Shown here: positions 1-12,258 of the stretch, in pieces
Numbering within the stretch: position 1 is the first letter of the stretch
How the letters are laid out: every line of letters starts with the position of its first letter
Assembly (NCBI GenBank): GCA_965235115.1
Contig: OZ249442.1
Coordinates: 1,798,001-1,862,000 of the forward strand
DNA from: Laetmonice hystrix
Lineage: Eukaryota
DNA: 64,000 nucleotides
Reading direction: 5' to 3'
The notes under the pieces: generated by a model
Databases searched by the model: none
The model's input: only the letters and a program-made list of their open reading frames with translations
What the model was told of the DNA's origin: nothing
Program-made: the position numbers and the translations under genes

Positions 1-260
1 GGTATACCTGTCTATGAGCTAGCACCACTGTCTACCACGGTATACCTGTCTATAAGCTAGCACCACTCTACCACTGTATACCTGTCTGTGAGCTAGCACC
101 ACTCTCTACCACTGTATACCTGTCTATGAGCTAGCACCACTCTACCACTGTATACCTGTCTACCACTGTATACCTGTCTGTAAGCTAGCACCACTCTCTA
201 CCACTGTATACCTGTCTATAAGCTAGCACCACTCTCTACCACGGTATACCTGTCTATGAG
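1..260. repeat. 36-38 bp minisatellite including the VPS35 exon 8 donor
   Basis: Eight copies of (minus) ctcatagacag/gtatac; the copy at 244-260 is the real junction. Confidence 0.9.
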
Positions 261-3200
261 GGCTATGATGATATTCTTCACATTGACATCTTGATGGACA
301 TCAGCACATGCCCTGAGAAAACTCTGCAGAGCCTGCAGGTGGAACTCATCTGGGAACACCTGAAAAAATTTCAATAAAACCATACAGATTCCATTCTCTG
401 AATGGTATTGTAGAAGTGAATATTATAACACAAGAATACAAAGGATTAACAACTCGGTCAACAGTGAGGTTCTTACTTGTATGATACATTCCATGAGATA
501 CTCTTGGGCGATGGCATCTCTACAGCTCACAACTTGCTCCAGTACAGACGGCAACACCTGTTTGTACAGAGGAACACCAATGAGACACACAAATAAAGGA
601 AGCACAGGACACTAATTGTACATCTTCTATCTGGGTCAGAATAACTTCTGGCACCGCTGGCAGTGACTGCCTTCAGTGTGGAGCCATTGCTGGCAGTCAC
701 TGCCTTCAGTGTGGAGCCACCGCTGGCAGTCATTGCCTTCAGTGTGGAGCCACTGCTGGCACTAACTGCCTTCAGTGTGGAGCCACCCCTGGCAGTCACT
801 GGTCTTCAGAGTGGAGCCACCACTGGCAGTGATTGCCTTCAGTGTGGAGCCACCACTGGCAGTCACTGGTCTTCAGTGTGGAGCCACCGCTGGCAGTCAC
901 TGCCTTCAGTGTGGAGCCACTGCTGGCAGTCACTGGTCTTCAGTGTGGAGCCACCGCTGGCAGTGATTGCCTTCAGTGTGGAGCCACCGCTGGCAGTCAC
1001 TGCCTTCAGTGTGGAGCCACCACTGGCAGTGACTGCCTTCAGTGTGGAGCCACTGCTGGCAGTCACTGCCTTCAGTGTGGAGCCACCACTGGCAGTGATT
1101 GCCTTCGGTGTGGAGCCACCGCTGGCAGTGACTGCCTTCAGTGTGGAGCCACCACTGGCAGTCACTGCCTTCAGTGTGGAGCCACCCCTGGCAGTGATTG
1201 CCTTCAGTGTGGAGCCACCGCTGGCACTGATTGCCTTTGGTGTGGAGCCACCCCTGGCAGTGATTGCCTTCAGTGTGGAGCCACCGCTGGCATTCACTGC
1301 CTTCAGTGTGGAGCCACTGCTGGCAGTCACTGCCTTCAGTGTGGAGCCACCACTGGCAGTCACTGCCTTCAGTGTGAAGCCACCGCTGGCAGTCACTGCC
1401 TTCAGTGTGGAGCCACCACTGGCAGTGATTGCCTTCAGTGTGGAGCCACCGCTGGCAGTCACTGCCTTCAGTGTGGAGCCACTGCTGGCAGTGACTGCCT
1501 TCAGTGTGGAGCCATTGCTGGCAGTGACTGCCTTCAGTGTGGAGCCATTGCTGGCAGTCACTGCCTTCAGTGTGGAGCCATTGCTGGCAGTCACTGCCTT
1601 CAGTGTGGAGCAGCCACTGGCAGTGACTGCCTTCAGTGTGGAGCAGCCACTGGCAGTCACTGCCTTCAGTGTGGAGCCACTGCTGGCAGTGACTGCCTTC
1701 AGTGTGGAGCCACTGCTGGCAGTCATTGCCTTCAGTGTGGAGCAACCGCTTTAAGGTACTGATCCCATCATGTCAGGTACTGGTCCCGTCATGTAAGGTA
1801 CTGATCCCATTATGTAAGGTACTGGTCCCGTCATGTAAGGTACTGATCCCATCATGTAAGGTACTGGCCGTCATGTAAGGTACTGATCCCATCATGTAAG
1901 GTACTGATCCCATCATGTAAGGTACTGGTCCCGTCATGTAAGGTACTGGTCCCGTCATGTAAGGTACTGATCCCATCATGTAAGGTACTGGTCCCGTCAT
2001 GTAAGGTACTGATCCTGTCATGTAAGGTACTGATCCCGTCATGTAAGGTACTGATCCCGTCATGTAAGGTACTGGTCCCATTATGTAAGGTACTGATCCC
2101 ATCATGTAAGGTACTGGCCGTCATGTAAGGTACTGATCCCATCATGTAAGGTACTGGCCGTCATGTAAGGTACTGATCCCATTATGTAAGGTACTGGTCC
2201 CGTCATGTAAGGTACTGATCCCATCATGTAAGGTACTGATCCCATCATGTAAGGTACTGATCCCGTCATGTAAGGTACTGATCCCGTCATGTAAGGTACT
2301 GATCCCATCATGTAAGGTACTGGTCCCGTCATGTAAGGTACTGGTCCCGTCATGTAAGGTACTGGTCCCGTCATGTAAGGTACTGGTCCCGTCATGTAAG
2401 GTACTGATCCCGTCATGTAAGGTACTGGTCCCGTCATGTAAGGTACTGATCCCGTCATGTAAGGTACTGGTCCCGTCATGTAAGGTACTGGTCCCATTAT
2501 GTGGTCCCGTCATGTAAGGTACTGGTCCCGTCATGTAAGGTACTGGTCCCGTCATGTAAGGTACTGATCTAGAGTACACAAAACCTATTCATACCTTTTT
2601 AAACTTCTCCACATCAATACACTCAAGTTGTGAGAGTCGCACCAGGTTGGTGCCAACCAGAATACGCAGTTCCCGTCGTTCCTGTTCTCTTTTCTCACGG
2701 TCCCGAGAATGGCCTTGGTGCTGCATTCGCACCCACAACTTATTCATTTCATTAAAGTTGAGTTGAATGAAATCAATGGAGTCCTTCACTGTACCAGTGT
2801 CAGTGTCGCTGAAAGAAAAACACTGCTTAATGACCCACTGCTATAATATCAATTCATCAATTTCATCACCAACAGTCTGAGAATATCGACGTACCTTGCA
2901 CCCTCCTCCTCGACATCAGGCAGGACGTTCTTGGTGCACTGAAGGAGGTAGTTACGAAGGAAAAGACCTCGGAGTGGATGCTGCACCCCTCGACACATCT
3001 CCACCAAGTCCTTGAGGATATCCTTGCGGGAGAGTTCGTTGGACTTGATGTACACAACTCCTACTGTGATTAGCAGGTACCTGAACACACACATCCATTT
3101 GGAATGGTTAGTTCATGAGTCTGGCCAGCACTTTACCTAAAGACGCCACAGAAGTCATTGCTATGTGCGGTTATAAATTCACCTCTACTAATGTGGTAAG

Positions 3201-5034
3201 AAGAGATCACTTTCAACGGCCATTAACTGGAAAACTTGTAAAAAAAGGATTGTTGGGGTTGAACTGAAATCACCACTGTCTTGTAAAAATTCCAGTAGTG
3301 ATCAGGTTGATGTTCTCTGAGCAGTGCAATCCACTAATCCAAGCTAGTTAAATAGAAGCACTCACAATCGTGGCACAATGTTTCCTGCATACTGCACCAA
3401 CTCATAGAGGTCAGCCACCTTCCTACCCTTCTGAAACTCATCCACAAGATAAAGCTCTAGATGCCGCAGCTCATCAGATATGCCCATGTCTGGACAGTGT
3501 CAAGGACAAAAACTCACTATTCGTGCTAGGATTTTAAAGGCCACATCAAACTTATGTTTGTGGTAACACAACCAAGGTTTTAAAATAAGCCTTGAAACAC
3601 TCCGGTCTGAATTTCTTGTCAAGACTGACTTCCAAAGGATACAGAGTTCATAATAACTCTTTGGTGACAGCATGGATGTCCGCAGTTCACTCAGCATATT
3701 GGATGCATGCTTTAGGCCATCCATCAACTTGCCCTTGTCCTGTAGACAAGAAACATGTTTGAATGGACACAATTAATTAATCTTCTCTCACGAGCGAAGC
3801 CAGGTAGCACACTGGCCAGGTGAGCTGGTCACACTCGATGACCCGTTGGCGCAAAGAGGCGCCCTCTATTGTGGGCTGGTCACCCTCGATGACCCTCTGG
3901 CGCGAAGAGGCGCCCTCTATTGTGGGCTAAGCAGTACTCTCGATTAATCTAATAAATTACAAAAATGTGAAAAACAAACAGGACCTCTGAATATGACAAT
4001 GTCATGTCGAGGCCATGCAGGTTTATAAATTAATATTGTCAAAATACAAATTTAGTTCATCTGTCACAATTAGTCTAAGGGCACACTAAATCTCCTTATT
4101 TCCTTATTGAAAATTAATGTTTTGTCAAATGTCAGTTAATCTTTTCTCAACTCACCAAACATCGTTTCATTTGAAACGACTGGACTTTCACCACCCCCAG
4201 GGCCTCATCTAGAAGTTTCTCCTGCTCTTCGGCGGGCGTCATGTGTGGACTTGTAGGCTGTGAATAAGTTAATTATGGATTATGATTAATCAATTGTGCT
4301 CGATAACCTTGGAGTATACTTTGTCTAGGATACTGATGCTTGTGGTGAAGTTGCCTCCCTTACAACATACCGTCACCCGATCATTTTTTTAAATTATGAA
4401 ATAATTATCACACGCAAGTTTATGACTTAGTTTGCAAGCTCTTGGTGGCCTTGGTGGGCTGCTATAACCGTTTCATATAGTATAGACCGTATGTTATGTC
4501 ATACTTGATGACAATACATAGCTTCTAGATCCCAAACAGTTTTCACCACACAAGTCGTCCTGCCCCTCCCCCTCTCTCCCTGAAATGCAAATGGCAGAAT
4601 GCACTGCGCTGCCAAACCCAGCCTCAGACAGGGCTGTCATTTCAGTCAGGCTGTCAACAATCAATGTTATACTAAAACCTACCATATACCCTGAACTCAA
4701 GGGCACACATTAAGTATGGTCATATTACCGGCATGGACTAAAGTAATGGCCGATGTTTATAGGTGCTCCGGTGGTTCTGAAATAAAACGTGTTGTTCCTA
4801 CAAGCACGGAGTAGGTAAGCTGGCCGTGTATCCCCGGCCTCTCGCCCCGACCGCCAGTCCGTCTAGATACCGGGCCGTAATCTCAGCCGCCGGGGGTTAG
4901 GCCAAACACCCAGATAACGCTTCTGTAGGGGGCTAACTTTAAACTCACGTTTTATCTCGTTTTCGTCTTAGTTATGCAAAGGAACTCGTGATTTGGCCCG
5001 AACATTATTGATCATAATTTATTACACTCACCAT
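250..5034 (-). CDS. VPS35: Vacuolar protein sorting-associated protein 35 (retromer), 5' part, exons 1-8; gene continues beyond left edge
   Basis: Exons (minus): 5034-5032 (ATG only), 4257-4156, 3739-3643, 3489-3366, 3080-2895, 2808-2595, 557-477, 359-250. All have GT-AG boundaries with compatible phases. Translation [79 protein letters not shown]...[17 protein letters not shown]...[24 protein letters not shown]...[11 protein letters not shown] matches the VPS35 N-terminus. Confidence 0.97.
648..1750. repeat. 33-bp minisatellite, VPS35 intron 6
   Basis: ctggcagtcactgccttcagtgtggagccaccg, about 33 copies. Confidence 0.95.
1752..2570. repeat. 21-bp minisatellite, VPS35 intron 6
   Basis: taaggtactggtcccgtcatg, about 39 copies, abutting the 33-bp array. 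Confidence 0.95.
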
Positions 5035-5369
5035 TTTCGTTTCACGTGACCCGGTCGCTACAAGCGCGCGACACACTCGATATAAATTGAGGACGTTCGA
5101 GGGAACTGTGTTGGTTCCCGGCTTCTTCGCTAGGTGGCTCTGTGGTCGACACGAGAGCCACCTAGCGAGGTAGCCGGGAACCAGCATAGTTTGGTCTTTC
5201 TTGTCCCCGGGCTGGAGTCTGCACGCGGTACTGCCGTAACCCTGTCGCCAAACACACCTCTGTTACTGTTAGCATGTTCTGATTATTAGGCCAATCAATT
5301 TGTATTATCTTGAACTCTGTGCCCGTGGCCTCTCCACCGCTGGCGCTGGAAGACACCGTCTGTCACATA

Positions 5370-5511
5370 GGCAGCGCCTACTGGCGGGACTTACAAGAAA
5401 CTGGAACTAGAGTAGTTTAGAGTTAAAACGCCAGAGGGCAGCAAGCGGTTTCTACTAGCTGCCATCTGGCGGTTTGCATGGCACTATAAGTTCCCACCAG
5501 TAGGCGCTGCC
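5370..5511. promoter_or_regulatory. Four CTCF-like motifs in a symmetric arrangement upstream of VPS35
   Basis: Minus CCGCCAGTAGGCGCTGC 5371-5387; plus ACGCCAGAGGGCAGC 5428-5442; minus ACCGCCAGATGGCAGC 5458-5473; plus CCCACCAGTAGGCGCTGC 5493-5510. Confidence 0.55.
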
Positions 5512-5613
5512 GCATTTCCAGACCTGCCAACAGAACCAAATTTGAGTAGATCATAGACGTAGAGTAGATCTAGCGACATTCAGGCCTGTTCCCCTAAGGA
5601 GGGGCAAAGCCAG

Positions 5614-5728
5614 GTCACGTGCCGCCGGCACAGCCTGGGCACGTGCTGCCGGCACAGCCAGGGCACGTGCCGCCGGCACAGCCAGGGCACGTGCCGCCGG
5701 CACAGCCTCCAGGGCACGTGCCGCCGGT
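5614..5728. repeat. 24-bp GC-rich repeat with five CACGTG E-boxes
   Basis: CACGTG at 5616, 5640, 5664, 5688, 5715. Confidence 0.9.
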
Positions 5729-5896
5729 GTCGCGGTCTGTTTTCTCCGCCGGTCTGCAATCTCCGGGTGCATGGTTCCCTATTGTTTAGAGGCCGAATCT
5801 GACTAAGTGATGGCTGTGGGATGCATCAATTGGTTGGGATTCGGTGTGGGGGAGGGAGAATTAAAGATGCCGTATGAAGAATATTGGGATTCTTGG

Positions 5897-6421
5897 CCGT
5901 ATTGACACACTTTTAGTTTTAGGCGCGTGCGCCGAAGCGGATTTTTGCGGGTTTTTTTTAGGAAATTTCAAAATCAAAAATCGTCAGATAGAGCCTATCT
6001 AATTATAGCCCGGAATAGCTCAGTCGTCAAAGACTCTGGGGGGCGTTTCTCATAACGCCCCCCCATAACGTTAGCATAACGTGCCGCACCAGCCGAGTGC
6101 GTCAGGACCATGTTCTCAGGCCTACAGTAACACACAATATCATCATGTAGGCTATAGATCTACCTGGGTGGGCCTGTATCTGAATAATAGATTTAACACG
6201 GGACATTAGAAACTGTCTCATATACAGGCACCCACATGCCCCTTTATGTGAATATTGGCGCACCCACGCAGGTGGGTGCGCCTAGATAATTAGCCTATGT
6301 GAATATGGTTTTCACGAGAAAGTGCCCCGGATATATAGGCGCACGCGCCTGTATCCGGGTAGACTCCAGGCGACTATGCTCACGTATCTAAGCGCATGCG
6401 CCTAAAAGTGCATCAATACGT
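5897..6421. mobile_element. Tc2/pogo-like MITE (CCGTA termini)
   Basis: Left ccgtattgacacacttttag, right ctaaaagtgcatcaatacg (inverted). Shares ttttaggcgcgtgcg...aatttcaaaatcaaaaatcgtcagata with copies at 56328 and 56777. Confidence 0.7.
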
Positions 6422-6436
6422 ATGTACCGACGCGTT

Positions 6437-9400
6437 TGTACCAGTTTTCTAGGAGTATAGGCCTACCTATCAGTGTACGACCCCGTGTTTGTCCCGGTTT
6501 TCTAGAAGTAGGCCTACCTAATATCAGTGTACGAACCCCGTGTTTGTACCGGTTTTCTAGGAGTAGGCCTACCTAATATCAGTGTACGAACTCCGTGTTT
6601 GTACCGGTTTTCTAGGAGTAGGCCTACCTAATATCAGTGTACGAACCCCGTGTTTGTACCGGTTTTCTAGGAGTAGGCCTACCTAATATCAGTGTACGAA
6701 CCCCGTGTTTGTACCGGTTTTCTAGGAGTAGGCCTACCTAATATCAGTGTACGAACCCCGAGTTTGTACCGGTTTTCTAGGAGTATCTAATATCAGTGTA
6801 CGAACCCCAAGTTTGTACCGGTTTTCTAGGAGTACCTAATATCAGTGTACGAACCCCGTGTTTGTACCGGTTTTCTAGGAGTACCTAATAACAGTGTACG
6901 AACCCCGTGTTTGTACCGGTTTTCTAGGAGTACCTATAGGCCTAATATCAGTGTACGAACCCCGTGTTTGTACCGGTTTTCTAGGAGTATACCTAATATC
7001 AGTGTACGAACCCCGCGTTTGTACCGGTTTTCTTGGAGTATCTAATATCAGTGTACGAACCCCGTGTTTGTACCGGTTTTCTAGGAGTACCTATAGGCCT
7101 AATATCAGTGTACGAACCCCGTGTTTGTACCGGTTTTCTAGGAGTACCTAATATCAGTGTACGAACCCCGCGTTTGTACCGGTTTTCTTGGAGTATCTAA
7201 TATCAGTGTGTAATGAAAGATGGTTTCATTTATAAATGCGCGGGAACCAGCAGTTCCCAAACCCTCCAATAGAGGTCACTTAATTAGCAGGTGTCGCCAC
7301 CTATGGCCCTGAACAAGTTAATTTATTTATGCACTGGTCAGCAGACCATGTGACCAGTCTGACCATTTTGACCGCTCGCATTTTTGAGTTACCATCGGTC
7401 CGGTCATTTCACATTTGCGACACCATGAGAGGTGAATAATGGCTTAAAGCGGAAGAGGGAATTTGCGAAAACTGCGAATATGCGTATTGTAGAAGGTGGA
7501 TAGAGTTTTCACTGTGGCGGCAGGGGGGAAGAAGTAGCACTGGAACGAACGAGGAGACCAGAGGAACAAGTTGTAACAGACGAATAAAGTTCCAGTCGAA
7601 ACTCATCCGACCCAGTGCTACTTCTTCATAAAACTCCTACCAGGTCCCCCTCTCACAAATACCTTATTAGGAGTTTTATGCCGCTTTCGACAAGAACAAA
7701 CCGCATTCGTATGTGATATTGAACAAATGTTCTATCAATTTAAGGTAGATAAGAATCATCGCAACTTCTTGAGGTTCCTTTGGTGGAAAAACGGAGATTG
7801 TGAATCGAAACCTGTTGAGTACCGAATGAACGTTCACCTCTTCGGAGCGGCGTCCTCACCAGGGTGCGCCAATTTTGGTCTGAAGCGTATTGCCTCTGAT
7901 AATGAAAACAAATATGGCTCGGACGCAGCTCAGTTCATTCACCGGAACTTTTATGTTGATGACGGCTTTAAGTCGGTGTCCAGCCCCGTTGAAGCCATTG
8001 ACTTGATCAAAAGGTCACAGAAAATCTGTTACGAAGGTGGAGTCCATTTGCACAAATTCGTATCGAATTCAGAGGAAGTTATGCAATCCTTACCTACAGA
8101 AGAACTCTCGAGTGGAATGCAAAATCTCAACTTTCTCAAAACCACTGTTCCAGTAGAACGAGCCTTAGGGGTCTATTGGTGCATAGAAGTAGACGAGTTT
8201 TGTTTCCGCATAACTCTCAAAGACAAACCTTTGACTAGACGGGGTATTTTGTCGACAGTAAACTCAGTATATGACCCCCTAGGTTTCCTAGCACCGGTTA
8301 TTCTTAAAGGAAAACTGATCTTACAGGAACGAACGAGGAAACCAGAGGAACAAGTTGTAACCAGACGAATAAAGTTCCAGTCGAAACTCATCCGACCCAG
8401 TGCTACTTCTTCCCCCCTGCCGCCACACAGTGTACGAACCCCGTGTTTGTACCGGTTTTCTAGGAGTACCTAATATCAGTGTACGAACCCCGTGTTTGTA
8501 CCGGTTTTCTAGGAGTACCTAATATCAGTGTCCGAACCCCGTGTTTGTACCGGTTTTCTAGGAGTAACTAATATCAGTGTCCGAACCCCGTGTTTGTACC
8601 GGTTTTCTATGAGTACCTAATATCAGTGTACGAACCCCGTGTTTGTACCTGTTTTCTAGGAGTACCTAATATCAGTGTCCGAACCCCGTGTTTGTACCGG
8701 TTTTCTAGGAGTAGCCTACCTAATATCAGTGTACGAACCCCGTGTTTGTACCGGTTTTCTAGGAGTAGCCTACCTAATATCAATGTACGAACCCCGTGTT
8801 TGTACCGGTTTTCTATGAGTACCTAATATCAGTGTCCGAACCCCGTGTTTGTACCGGTTTTCTAGGAGTATCTAATATCAGTGTACGAACCCCGAGTTTG
8901 TACCGGTTTTCTAGGAGTACCTTATATCAGTGTACGAACCCCGTGTTTGTACCGGTTTTCTAGGAGTACCTAATATCAGTGTCCGAACCCCGTGTTTGCA
9001 CCGGTTTTTCTAGGAGTACCTAATATCAGTGTACAAACCCCGTGTTTGTACCGGTTTTCTAGGAGTATCTAATATCAGTGTACGAACCCCGTGTTTGTAC
9101 CGGTTTTCTAGGAGTACCTAATATCAGTGTACGAACCCCGAGTTTGTACCGGTTTTCTAGGAGTAGGCCTACCTAATATCAGTGTACGAACCCCGTGTTT
9201 GTACCGGTTTTCTAGGAGTACCTAATATCAGTGTACGAACCCCGTGTTTGTACCGGTTTTCTAGGAGTAGGCCTACCTAATATCAGTGTACGAACCCCGT
9301 GTTTGCACCGGTTTTCTAGGAGTAGGCCTACCTAATATCAGTGTACGAACCCCGAGTTTGTACCGGTTTTCTAGGAGTAGGCCTACCTAATATCAGTGTA

Positions 9401-9666
9401 GGAACCCCGTGTTTGTACCGGTTTTCTAGGAGTACCTAATATCAGTGTACGAACCCCGTGTTTGTACCGGTTTTCTAGGAGTAGGCCTACCTAATATCAG
9501 TGTAGGAACCCCGAGTTTGTACCGGTTTTCTAGGAGTACCTAATATCAGTGTACGAACCCCGTGTTTGTACCGGTTTTCTAGGAGTACCTAATATCAGTG
9601 TACGAACCCCGTGTTTGTACCGGTTTTCTAGGAGTACCTAATATCAGTGTACGAACCCCGTGTTTG
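6437..9666. repeat. 47-54 bp minisatellite interrupted by the BEL insertion
   Basis: cctaatatcagtgtacgaaccccgtgtttgtaccggttttctaggagta(ggccta) on both sides of 7209-8427. Confidence 0.95.
7209..8427 (+). mobile_element. Internally deleted, rearranged BEL/Pao LTR retrotransposon derivative with RT fragment
   Basis: TG...CA termini with CAGTG target-site duplication (7204-7208, 8428-8432) inside a satellite unit. About 7633-8325 encodes GPPLTNTLLGVLCRFRQ...DIEQMFYQF...FLRFLW...HLFGAASSPGCANFGL...FYVDD...RGILSTVNSVYDPLGFLAP, typical BEL/Pao RT. An LTR-end-like segment with AATAAA is duplicated (7542-7627, 8326-8412). Confidence 0.9.
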
Positions 9667-10508
9667 GTCAATGGTCAGAAATCAGAATAACAAATTATAT
9701 TTTTTAATTCTTTAATCGTCCTGGTCTCACATTTTGATTCCCTGTGCAAAGTTTGCGAAACCGCTGAATGAAATCGATCCTGAATAAACCTTTGAGTGAA
9801 TATAGCCATAGGGTCTATGAGTATGTTGTTTCCAAATTTCAAATAACCTTTTCCTGCCAAAGTCCAGGTATATGAACAAATGTTATTTAAAAGATGCTTT
9901 GTTTACTGATAATTTCTAAAGGAATCATGTCAGTAAATTCTTAATTATAAAGAAACGATACGCTACCTTTCGCCCACATGCTGCATTACCAGTTTCTCAC
10001 AGAACCAAATGATTGTTCCAGTATTTACACAGTAATTTCTGAAGTGTGATATCATATTTGGTTACAACACTAGTCTTTGGTTACTAGGATATATCCCGTC
10101 ACATACAAGCATACACTGACATTGCCATGTCTTAGTACAGACACAAATACACATCTACACCCAATATATTTCCACCGACTGAGTTTAAATACATTATATC
10201 TGCCACATCGCATATTTGGTAATAAAAAAGATTAGATAGTATTATTCAGTGCAATCGTAATGTCAACTCTGCATTTTGACACACTGTATAACTATTATTA
10301 TTTTGACACACTGTATAACTATTATTAAATATTTACTATCAACAAAATGTCTGATAAATAATATTGAGTAAATCATATGTTATAACATCATGCAGCCATG
10401 TTGGGAAACTGACCAAAATGGTTAGTGATGACCACATATATATGCAGATGGTTTTTTCATGTTGTCTGGATTGTCCCAAACACGAACCTCATTCAGAGCA
10501 TCCTTCTA

Positions 10509-11375
10509 CCTGAGCCCGTGTTGGGCTTTCCCTACAAACGTAGACAAATCTTTCACTAACCTGACCCCGTGTTGGGCTTTCCCTACAAACATAGACAAAT
10601 CTTTCACTAACCTGACCCGTGTTGGGCTTTCCCTCCAAACGTAGACAAATCTTTCACTAACCTCACCCCGTGTTGGGCTTTCCCTACAAACGTAGACAAA
10701 TCTTTCACTAACCTGACCCCGTGTTGGGCTTTCCCTACAAACATACAGACAAATCTTTCACTAACCTGACCCCGTGTTGGGCTTTCCCTACAAACATACA
10801 GACAAATCTTTCACTAACCTGACCCCGTGTTGGGCTTTTCCTACAAACGTACAAACAAATCTTTCACTAACCTGACCCCGTGTTGGGCTTTCCCTACAAA
10901 CGTACAAACAAATCTTTCACTAACCTGACCCCGTGTTGGGCTTTCCCTACAAACATACAGACAAATCTTTCACTAACCTGACCCCGTGTTGGGCTTTCCC
11001 TACAAACATACAGACAAATCTTTCACGAACCTCACCCCGTGTTGGGCTTTTCCTACAAACAAATCTTTCACTAACCTGACCCCGTGTTGGGCTTTCCCTC
11101 CAAACGTACAAACAAATCTTTCACTAACCTCACCCCGTGTTGGGCTTTCCCTCCAAACGTAGACAAATCTTTCACTAACCTCACCCCGTGTTGGGCTTTC
11201 CCTACAAACGTACAAACAAATCTTTCACTAACCTGACCCCGTGTTGGGCTTACCCTCCAAACGTACAAACAAATCTTTCACTAACCTGACCCCGTGTTGG
11301 GCTTTCCCTCCAAACGTAGACAAATCTTTCACTAACCTCACCCCGTGTTAGGGTTTCCCTACAAACGTAGACAAA
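10509..11375. repeat. 51-55 bp minisatellite
   Basis: ctgaccccgtgttgggctttccctacaaacgtagacaaatctttcactaac. Confidence 0.95.
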
Positions 11376-11482
11376 CTCGACAGATAACAGAGAATGCAAG
11401 TCGTGTTTACACACGACACACGATCACTTTTGTTGGCATTGGGGTAACAATGAAATCGGCTTCTCAACTAAAACTTATGGAG

Positions 11483-12258
11483 ACATACACGGATACAGAA
11501 CTGTGATATATCTCTTTCCATATACATGGATACAGAACTGTGATATATCTTTTACCGTATACACGGATACAGAACTGTGATATATCTCTTACTGTATACA
11601 CGGATATAGAACTTGCCATATAAATCTCTTGTCGTACACGGATACAGAACTGTGATATATCTCTTACTGTATACATGGATATAGAACTGTGATATATCTC
11701 TTACTGTATACACGGATACAGAACTGTGATATATCTCTTACTGTATACACGGATACAGAACTGTGATATATCTCCTACTGTATACACGGATACAGAACTG
11801 TGATATATCTCTTACTGTATACACGGATACAGAGCTGTGATATATCTCTTACTGTATACACGGATACAGAACTGTGATATATCTCTTACTGTATACACGG
11901 ATACAGAACTGTGATATATCTCTTACTGTATACACGGATACAGAACTGTGATATATCTCTTACTGTATACACGGATACAGAACTGTGATATATCTCTTAC
12001 TGTATACACGGATACAGAGCTGTGATATATCTCTTACTGTATACACGGATACAGAACTGTGATATATCTCTTACTGTATACACGGATACAGAGCTGTGAT
12101 ATATCTCTTACTGTATACACGGATATAGAACTGTGATATATCTCTTACTGTATACACGGATACAGAACCGTGATATATCTCTTACCATGAATACAGAACT
12201 GTGATATATCTCTTACTGTATATACGGATACAGAGCTATGATATATCTCTTACTGTAC
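11483..12258. repeat. 37-bp minisatellite
   Basis: tatacacggatacagaactgtgatatatctcttactg. Confidence 0.95.

Noticed and set aside
527-2579. Long ORFs on both strands (363, 309, 287, 271 aa etc.)
   Set aside because: Translations of 33-bp and 21-bp tandem units inside VPS35 intron 6; open in several frames because the units lack stops.
6008-6026. tRNA-Lys-like start gcccggaatagctcagtcg
   Set aside because: Only the 5' A-box part is present; no anticodon arm, B box or acceptor stem. At most a SINE or tRNA remnant.
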